A stretch of DNA of 46,051 bases, filler included, from Sphacelaria rigidula (taxonomy: Eukaryota): NCBI GenBank assembly GCA_964200075.2. It is 2 parts of 2 records of this genome, joined end to end, with 100 filler letters (N's around TTAATTAATTAA, not from the genome) between each part and the next. Parts side by side here need not be neighbours in the genome. Positions count along the whole stretch, not along the records: positions 23,079 to 46,051 come from CAXNAA020000296.1; 1 more part is not named here. The stretch is one strand, 5' to 3'. This document shows, piece by piece, positions 37,358-46,051 of this stretch. Each line of letters starts with the position of its first letter. The first letter of the stretch is position 1. The position numbers and the translations under genes are program-made. The notes under the pieces were generated by a model. It was given only the letters and a program-made list of their open reading frames with translations, was not told the origin of the DNA and did no database searches.

Positions 37358-40005
37358 CTGTTCAATCAAGCGTCGAGTTCCGGCATTTTCAAGATATGTT
37401 GGTTTCCCCGGAGAACCTCGTGATGTGATTTGGTCCTGGAGGAGGTTGTGTGTATCATCATCTAGGCGGAAGGTTTAACGAGGTGGGCGTAAGTTCAACT
37501 GAAGATGGCTCTCGGTAGAGCAGAGGTGAGTCAACAACTCAGCACGGCACACCAGGTCAACATCTTGTGAACGGTCAAGTGCTGACATGTCCGCAGACTA
37601 TCCCTGTCGTACAACGCTCAAGTTTGTACTGGGGCGAGCCTCGGGGCCCAAGTGGTGTCGATATATTTGAGATTGGAATGGGAACAAGACGCGACTCCGT
37701 GTTTTCCATGATCACGTCGACTACGGTTCGTCGTAAACGACGCATCGCGGCGGTTCTCATTCATCAAGAGATTTTTCACAGGATCATACCCTTACCCTCC
37801 GAACGTGCAAATTTCTGCAACACGTGCAACAGTCTTGACACTCACTGGTGTCATGATCACGCCCCAGTATCGATAATCGGCACGGTACGAAATGAAGTCG
37901 TACACAATAGAAATTAGTGACACTAGGGCTCGTGACTGGTCACACCTCGTAGAAGTGTTTCCCTTTCGCCCACATTGCAGGAACTATAAAACAAGTACTT
38001 CGTACCAAATCAGCTTCGTTGGTTATCGACATCAGGCAGTGTGCCGGTCGCGGAATCTGAAATCTCTACAGTCGGCAGGTGCACTTTGCCGGTTTCCGTG
38101 TACATATCGATGTGGGTGGGGGAAGGGAACCGAGCTCGCATGACGCGATTATCCGTTGTAGGCACACGCACAAGGGTTCAACACACGATGTTGTGTTGAG
38201 GGGTGAATGTTGACACCACCTGAAGGTTGGGGTTATCACCACGAGACGACAGTCGTTCAAGTCAGGACTCCTCTGCTCATTGTCAGTTCCATTCATGTTG
38301 GTCTCAGTCAATGGGTGTGTGGTAAAACGATGGTCTACACAAGTAGTTGGTAACCATTCAGGTTCTTTCACATTTTCGATCATTGACCAGCATGGTATTG
38401 CCGTTACATTTGGCATAAAACGACGTGTCGGCACGAGGGCAGTTGCCACTCAGTAACACGCGCCGAGTGGATTTGAGAGACTGCTGTCGGGAGTTCGCAC
38501 AACGAACCACACCCGATCTCGGCGACGTCATCCACTTCATGTGGCTTTTTGCATTCGCCGTTAATGGCATGTGCCACTTTTCAAGGAAAAAAAGCGAGAA
38601 AAGCTTTACACGATAAATCAACTTGGTGGGACAGTTTCATCGCTCCCCATTCCGCGCGTTAGGATAACGCGCTGATTCCGAGGCGCGCGATGACTCTCAG
38701 CTACTGTATCACGATTTCTAGTCTGTGCGTTACCGTACTTTGAGCGGGGTAGTACATGATGAGTTGCATCACGCTTGGGTGACTCGTTTCTTCGGGCACG
38801 GCCGTGCTGTTTCCGATAAGGGTGCCTTTTCGCAGCACAGCACTACTCGTTGTAGAGGTCAGCAGCTCGGTGCTTCATCGCGCATATCGACTGTAAGATT
38901 TCGGTGGGGGCGCCACGTGCAGTGTGGGTTGGCGTGCTCTCGTGGGATGGGTCGTGGCGAGAATCGGAACTCGAACCGCTTCCATGATTGTTCTTGATTG
39001 CAACTACAGGACAACTTCAGGCAAAAATAGATAAATCGAGAGGAAAGAGTCGACCATTTGTTTAGTTGGTCGCGATTGGATTGTTGGTTAATATCGAATG
39101 GGTGGACCCTTCGACCGCGAGGGTCATTCATCCGGGTCACGCACACCGTTCCAGAGTGAAGTTAGCCGATTCAACAGATGACCCCCTCTCGTCTTCCGAG
39201 GGTTGAGGCGTTGTTTTGCCCGTTGTAGATGAGCAAACGACAATTAATATCAGGGCGCCAACTGCAGAATTCAAATATGTTTTGCATATGGTTGTGACCG
39301 AGTATCATTGCAGAGCGAATTTGAAGACAGCCGCTCGATGTACAACATGTGCTCATCCACGACGATGGTCCGTATGGCTCACCGGGTGCCGTGATGACAC
39401 GCAGTAAATTCACGATTATCTGCTCCGGGTGACGCACAGGTTTGTTTGCGGATGGTCTTCCGAGTTCCTCTCATGGATTTTTGTTCAACATGTATGAACG
39501 AGATTCCCGGACGGGAATGCTCGGGGATTATTGGGACTAGAATCAAATCGAAGCTTGGAATGCGTCGGAAAAATAGTGAGTCGTCTGAAAAATACTCAGT
39601 TCAAGTGTGATCAGTTGACTCTTGGTGTGAATCCCAAGGCTGTATTTGAGCGGTTCAACCCAGGTACACGCAGCTCAGACACGTGAAATGGTCAAGTGGC
39701 GTGGATACCCCTTTGAATAGTGATCAACTTCTTTCTCTTGGGCAATCAGGCCGAAGAAATCGTGAATTTGGTCTTTGGGTCGTGCTGACATATCCTCGCC
39801 GTGGAAGCTAGACGATGATGAAGCCCCCGACACGCGCGGAAATTGCACGTCCTGCCGAATCACAACTTACTAGTCGTGTCACATCTGCATAGGCGAGTCC
39901 GATAAATTTCACCAAGCACTGCACAATTGCGGGTTTGTCACCGAAGTAAGTTCTAGATCCCCAACGAAAATCGGGTCCTCAAATACAATCTAGACGAGGT
40001 CTTAC

Positions 40006-40169
40006 CGGTGGTAGTCACCCTTCATCTTGTAGTAGAATACTTTGCCTTCCTCCGAGGTGGAGTTGGGGATCAGCTCCGACTCAATGATCTTCAATATATC
40101 GTCGCAGATGTCCGTGAGTTCCGTCTCGATCTTGGCTTTGTAGTCGCGGATCAGTGGCAGCTGGTCGCT
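40006..40169 (-). CDS. 14-3-3 protein, exon 3
   Basis: [17 protein letters not shown]...[13 protein letters not shown]; acceptor CAACAG|AGC, donor CG|GTAAG; 164 nt. Confidence 0.95.
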
Positions 40170-41022
40170 CTGTTGAACGCACAGGCAGTGCGGCGCGGTG
40201 CGAAAATTCAAAATTGTCAACAGCCAGCTCATAGTTGTTTAGATAAGCAGTTCAAGACACACCGATATCCGTCGATCAAGTGCTGTATAGTCAACAGGTA
40301 GCTGCAGGAGAATGATGCGATCATGCCCAGCATAAAACAACGGAGGAGAAAACGGTACACCCCGAGGTCGTGACTCGCGCACTCTTCTTGCTACACGAAA
40401 TGATACGACGGGTCTTGCACTTGATGGGGGGCTCCGACATTGGTGGGATATACACGCTTTCTACAGGTTCCATGGGTCCACACGACCAGTCCCGGGTGGA
40501 AAGTGCAATTTCATGTCGACATCCCGGAAGGCAGAAACTGAACGATACGTAGTTTCGACCTGGCCCGGCTGTTTCACAGAGGCCTCCCACACACGTCGAG
40601 CTGAGCTCGCTTAGGCTACACTGTAGTTTGCTACTGCTCAAGACATACATCCAAGAGCTCACCACGAGTATGCTGTTCGGCTGCCAGGTTCAGGTCAAGC
40701 ACAGTGCGCTGCCGCTCGTATGTATTACAGATGGTAACTGGACAGCCACCAGGACCTCGAAAATCATCGTCAACTCAACAGTATTGCATCACGCGTGAAT
40801 GTGGGTTACGCTGCACACTTCATGACACGACTAGTAAGTTGTGACACGACTAGTAAGTCGTGTCACTCAGTAGATTTTGCTCGATGCTACACCCGTCACC
40901 CTGATTCCTTGATCCAACAAGATACGCGCCGCCCTAATTTCATCTTTCCGTGGGCTTCACTTCCGTCCGGATCCGACAAAATAAGCTCGACTCCCGATTC
41001 CCGCCGGACGCGCATGACCTAC

Positions 41023-41182
41023 CACAGTGTCCTTGCCCTCGATGGAGCTGATCACCCTCCAAGACGCACGCCGTGATCCGATAACGTTCTTGTACGCGAC
41101 GGACAGAAGGTTACGCTCCTCAACAGAAAGCTCCTTCGGCTGCTGAGCCACAGCCTTCATGTGGTCGACCATCTCATCGAAC
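41023..41182 (-). CDS. 14-3-3 protein, exon 2
   Basis: FDEMV...[25 protein letters not shown] signature; acceptor TTTCAG|G, donor GTG|GTAGGT; 160 nt. Confidence 0.96.
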
Positions 41183-41892
41183 CTGAAATAGAAACGGGGT
41201 AGAGCGGAGAGTCGGTGTTTCATCGAAGACCAAAAAAGGGGTTTACAGGATTAAAAAAATGTCAGGCCAACCTGCACACGGCCTTCCCCCTCGTTGAAAA
41301 ATGAAATGACCGCGTCATGTATCGATACGAAACATGTTCAAGGTAGAACGGAGGGCGACCGCTACATTGCGAAAGGTGTATCCTCATGATCATCTCGAGG
41401 CGAGTAATAAACTCAATAGACGTCATGTTATGTTCCCGTGTCCAACGGGACGGACAAACACGGACGTGTGGATGTCTCTCAGCCAACCACATGGAGGAAG
41501 ACCGAGAAATTATTCGGAGAGCAGACTAAAAAGTACCGTTCCAGAATCTCAGCTAGCTTCTGACCCCCTGCCTGTGAGCAACTTCTTCAGGAATGGTCCG
41601 GGTTCACAAGCGCCTGGACGACGAATGCGTTCATTACTTGAACGAAGTACTCGGCTTGGCCTCCGCAAGTTACAGGCGGTGCCGGGGTTGAAAGTTACCA
41701 ACGGTAGAGTTGCCAGAGTGTACTTCGCATACCCACGCCACAAAACGGCATTGCTGCGCTCGAATTTTGCTTAGCTGTTTCAGTTGTGTTGTGGAACGCG
41801 CTAGATTGCATATGGTACACAAACCAAGCTGCTGGGGCCCGACAGACACAATCAAGACAGGGCAGCTCCTCTGCTGTGCTTTTCTCCCTCAC

Positions 41893-41948
41893 CGTTCCGC
41901 CTGCTCCGCAAGCTTGGCCATGTAGACGAGGTCATCGCGGGAAGTCAT
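41893..41948 (-). CDS. 14-3-3 protein, exon 1 of 5
   Basis: MTSRDDLVYMAKLAEQAER read by hand; donor CG|GTGAGG. Five exons total 753 nt = 250 aa plus stop. Confidence 0.93.
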
Positions 41949-44779
41949 CTTTGAGGTCGGAAGGGTGTGGAAAGGAAGGAGAGGGTTCAACGATGTATGC
42001 CCGTTGTTAGGTACGTACTGGAGTGCCAGGGGGTGGATGCCCTACTTTTTGTGCAGAGAGAACCGAAGTTGATTGTGCGATTTGTGGCCGCGCGCAGCGG
42101 CGTTTTCTTGTGCGGGGATCGGGGATATTAGATTCAGTAATTTTCATATAGTTTTGTTTTTATAAACGCGTCCTTGTAGATGACGCGCGCGTTGCGCGAT
42201 TACCGTGTAACGGCAGAATGCAATTGCGGCGGATCTCAGATCAAAAATGTATAAACATGATGACACGTCGATGTTACGCACGTTGTCTCGGATCTCGCGA
42301 TGAATATCTTCCGTAACCCCTTCGTGTTCAACCTTTTATTTTCAGAGGTATATACCGTGTTCACCTCCGTTGGTCTTGCACAGGCATGACGCGACTGCAG
42401 GGGTATAGTCCATACTCCTAACTCATGGTGATGAGCGGTTGATGGTTTTGGCTCTCCTCCTCAGTTACTATATTGTGAACAATCGGCGAACCTTCTCAGT
42501 GGTGTATCCTCCTTCATCGTTTTCCGGTAGAACGGGAGATCGCGCAAGCTCCTGTACCCATACTATGCACAGTACACACCGTAGAGAAATGCACAGGAGA
42601 TGCGGGGCACAGGACCGAACCGTGCCCCGCCTCTGTGCCAGTGCTGTCCCGCTACACTGTAAGCCACCGCGCCCAGGCGGGTCGACTGGTACAATAGTAT
42701 AATATTACACAGTACATCACTACTAGAATGTCATCGAGTTGATTTCCGCCCCGGAGATCGAGAAGACGTTACTGTACTGTTATCTGTGTAGTCAACGAAA
42801 CATTCCATGAAATCGATCATCTGCGGCGGTGCTGATCCGATGGTCGTTACTGAATTACAAGGCGGGTGACGGGAAGGAAAACGGAATGACGCCTGAAGAC
42901 TCACGACTTATCCTGAGGGAGTGAGCAGGGGGAGGTTTGACGAGCAAAACATGTCTAGCATACAGTCTGTATAGTTAGTGTTGTTGTCCCGTAGTTTTTT
43001 TTATGTTCTTGACGAGTACTGTCTGTACTGATATACCGTGAAATGGAGACCTCGTCGACCAATCAGCTGGTGAACCCGACCCTACCTTAGCAGAGAGTCG
43101 TTGCGCGCTCGCTGTTACACAACAGTGGCTCACAATTCAACACGTCAACATTATTACTCGCGTGCATCGCCGCGGACCGCAGGCGTGCGCGGCGGCTAAC
43201 GTCGTTTCAGCACATGATGGACAACGTCCGGTGAAACTCTGACTTTCTGCATGCTGTGTCGATTCTTGTAGCTTCCTTCCTGTTGTAGGTTCTTCGACGG
43301 TATGATGATGCGTGTTGAATCCGCCAGAATAGCATGCATCATGCTGCATTCAACAAGTGCTACGTAACGTCATCGAGCATGTGCCCCTTACCTGGCCCCG
43401 TCCCAATCTGTCATACCCCCTGTTCCTTACTGGTTACTCATCTGCCATACCCCCGATTTCTCGACTGGTTAGTTAAACACGAAAAGTGTTGGCGACGGAG
43501 TTGAGCGAAAGGTATCCAGTACTGCAGGTAAGATGGCGTTGACAACCGAAGTCTGCGCATAACCGCAACTACAACATGTACGGTGGGTACAATGTAATCA
43601 CCAACGAAACGCAAGAGCAAAAACTGAAAACACATGTGGTTTCCATCCAAGTATCCAACGTGAAACTGACAGACGTCTCGTCATTTTCGCATGCCCGCAT
43701 CGATGACTAAAACAAGACAAGCACTGTACTGTCAAGCGCCGCTAACATTAAGCATGCGTTTCCAACGAGCTTGAAATAGGGCATGACCTTATTTTCTTCA
43801 GTACAGAGTGGTATAACCCGTTGATGTTGTCAGAGCAAATCAACCGTCGGGGTCACTTCTCAGCAACGGAACAGAGGAGCAACTCCCCTCTATGCCACGT
43901 TCACCTCCAGCGTGTACCCGCCGCGTCGTCCAGTAGTGTTTTACGTACGACATACGATGTCTCTCGAGAACCACTCGTCAGGGTACTGTAGCCTCCTACC
44001 CACAAAACTGCGATCCAACGCATGCCATGCCCCCCCTACAAGGGCTAAGATGTGCATTCCCCGCGTACAGACACACACACAAGTCTGTTGCGCATCGCAA
44101 AAACAAACGCCTCCCTCTTTTTTCATTGTGCTCCTTTTATTTTTCATCGCGTCATTATCCGATTCTAGTTCGCGTCATTATCTGAATTGCTCAACCCGCT
44201 CGCTTCCTCACACCCTCCTCCCGAACATCAACCGAAAGAGGCAACAAATTAGCAAAAAAACACAGCGGATTAGTATGATCAAGAAAGATATTTGAAGTAA
44301 AGCGTCTGCCAACCAAAAATTGGTTGACGGAGGACACGTCGAAACCAACGCGGTGCAGCTGTACTTCCAAGAAAAACTATCCCACACAGCAAGCGAAAAC
44401 AAGATGTCGTCAACGGAACTGGGCAGTGACCACAACATTTCCGACGTTGTCTACCTATCGCTTCACAGCGTAAATCTTGCTCCCCGTTCACTACAAAAGT
44501 CGATGAATGGGGTACAATATTTTTTTCAACGTGCGTGCTTTATCTCTTTACGTACTTCGAGAAAAAGTATCTGACATGGAAAAAAATAAAATATCGCAAG
44601 ATATCGCTTTGAGCGTGAGACCCCTTCAGCACTGCCCAGGGTAACATTATATCCTCTTCCTTTTGCACGCATCCAGTCGGGCATTCATCTAAAACTTCAC
44701 CCCACAAACCGACCCTGATACAATATAAATCATATATACATACAACACACGGACAGAGATTGAAAAAAAAATGAGTAAA

Positions 44780-44950
44780 CTAAACTATCGCCCTTCTCTG
44801 TTTTCTCTTGACCGGAACCGGGGGTCCTGACGCATCCCCCAAAAGTAAGCTTCGCAATACCGCTTCGGCGGCTAAGACACCCGATCGCATGGCGCCGTCC
44901 AGAGTTGGCGTTGCCCGATGATCGCCGCAAACAAAAATGCCATCCATGAC
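44780..44950 (-). CDS. FAD-dependent oxidoreductase (amine oxidase family), terminal exon
   Basis: Acceptor TCGCAG|GTC; GIFVCGDHRATPTLDGAMRSGVLAAEAV matches the C-terminal FAD-binding motif of amine oxidases; ends TAG. Confidence 0.82.
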   Translation of the reverse strand, partial: VMDGIFVCGDHRATPTLDGAMRSGVLAAEAVLRSLLLGDASGPPVPVKRKQRRAIV

Positions 44951-45114
44951 CTGCGATTTTTGCAAAAACAGCACGCAAAGCAACCCGGGGGAGCGGAGGA
45001 TGGCACGACGAGGAAACCTTGTTTGTGATCCCGAGCGCATGGATAGACGGTGTGCCGCATGTGCACTCTCAGAACTTGTTTCTCCTGATCGCCGCGGCCG
45101 TTAATATGTTATTT

Positions 45115-45163
45115 TGATTTGATTTGATTTGATTTGATTTGATTTGATTTGATTTGATTTGAT
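45115..45163. repeat. (TGATT)n microsatellite in the oxidoreductase intron
   Basis: About 9-10 units. Confidence 0.9.
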
Positions 45164-45715
45164 CGTCACACTTCAACTCATCCCCCAGGAGTCATGATCC
45201 AGCCGTGGTCATCATCTACAAGATATACGTACCCGAGACAAAAACAAAAATGAAACCACTCGCAGAAGAAAAGTGGGAGGGAAAAAAGAAAAGGAAGAAC
45301 AGACGAACAGAGTAGACTAAGAAAAGAAAAAAGCAGAAAAGAAAAGAATGAAATGGCCGGCCTCTGCCATATATGTGCTCTCGATAGAAAGAACTTGCGC
45401 AGAAACCATACCAATACCCGAACGTAGATAGCAAAAAGGCCGTGGGAAAATATCACGGCTCATCTACGCTACTACCTCACTATTTTGGGTGCAAAACCTC
45501 TCACCCATGGGCCGACGGAAGCGAGGCATCAAACTGCTCTGCCCTTTCGGAAAACACGGTACTGTGTTCTGTAGGGCGTGTTGGAAGAACGAATATTGCA
45601 CACACCGTGCTCTACTCATGAGTCCCACACAAATGTCAGCATAGCAACAAAACAGAGCACACGGAAGAAAAAAAACGCGATGAGCTTCACGTTCCCCACC
45701 CATGCTTATACGCAC

Positions 45716-45961
45716 CTCGACGTCTCGTCCGTAAAAGCCGCCATCCCCGACGGGCGGCGTTTGAGCCGGTTGCGCATACGGGACGCGGTACGTTCGCAGA
45801 TGCCTCCACTCCGATACGGGCACCGTGTCTTCCTTCCCCACCTCGTCCGCCCCTTTCTGAGAATCAAACCACTCCGAAAGATGACTCCTGACTCTGCTCT
45901 CGAGGTCCTCGTCGCTACAGGCAGGGTCGCCAACAACGGTAACGGATGCTAGGGACTTGCC
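45716..45961 (-). CDS. FAD-dependent oxidoreductase (amine oxidase family), penultimate exon; gene continues beyond the window
   Basis: Acceptor CTACAG|GGC, donor GAG|GTGCGT; 246 nt, phase 0; WRHLRTYRVPYAQPAQTPP motif. Confidence 0.8.
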
Positions 45962-46051
45962 CTGTAGAGGTATGGCATGTAACGGAAGGTTTAGTGGGTG
46001 GGTGGGTTGCGGCACGACAGGAAGGGGAGGGTGGAAGAGGGGGAGGGGGGG

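Overview
Eukaryotic, intron-rich DNA; intron sizes, splice sites and repeats suggest a brown alga (inference). The left half (1-~23.1 kb) is mostly decayed transposons: a 4.2-kb LTR element with 261-bp LTRs and an ATCT target-site duplication, a degenerate LINE reverse transcriptase interrupted by a MITE, other MITE/foldback elements, two tRNA-headed SINE-like copies and microsatellites. The right half has three spliced genes: a complete 4-exon S-adenosylmethionine synthetase (+, 397 aa), a complete 5-exon 14-3-3 (-, 250 aa) convergent with it, and the last two exons of a FAD-dependent amine-oxidase-family gene (-). The best leads are RNA-level: a candidate stop-containing cassette exon in MAT intron 1, a perfect 22-nt inverted repeat around 14-3-3 exon 3, and a pre-miRNA-like hairpin. 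All are untested hypotheses; I cannot show a new system from sequence alone.
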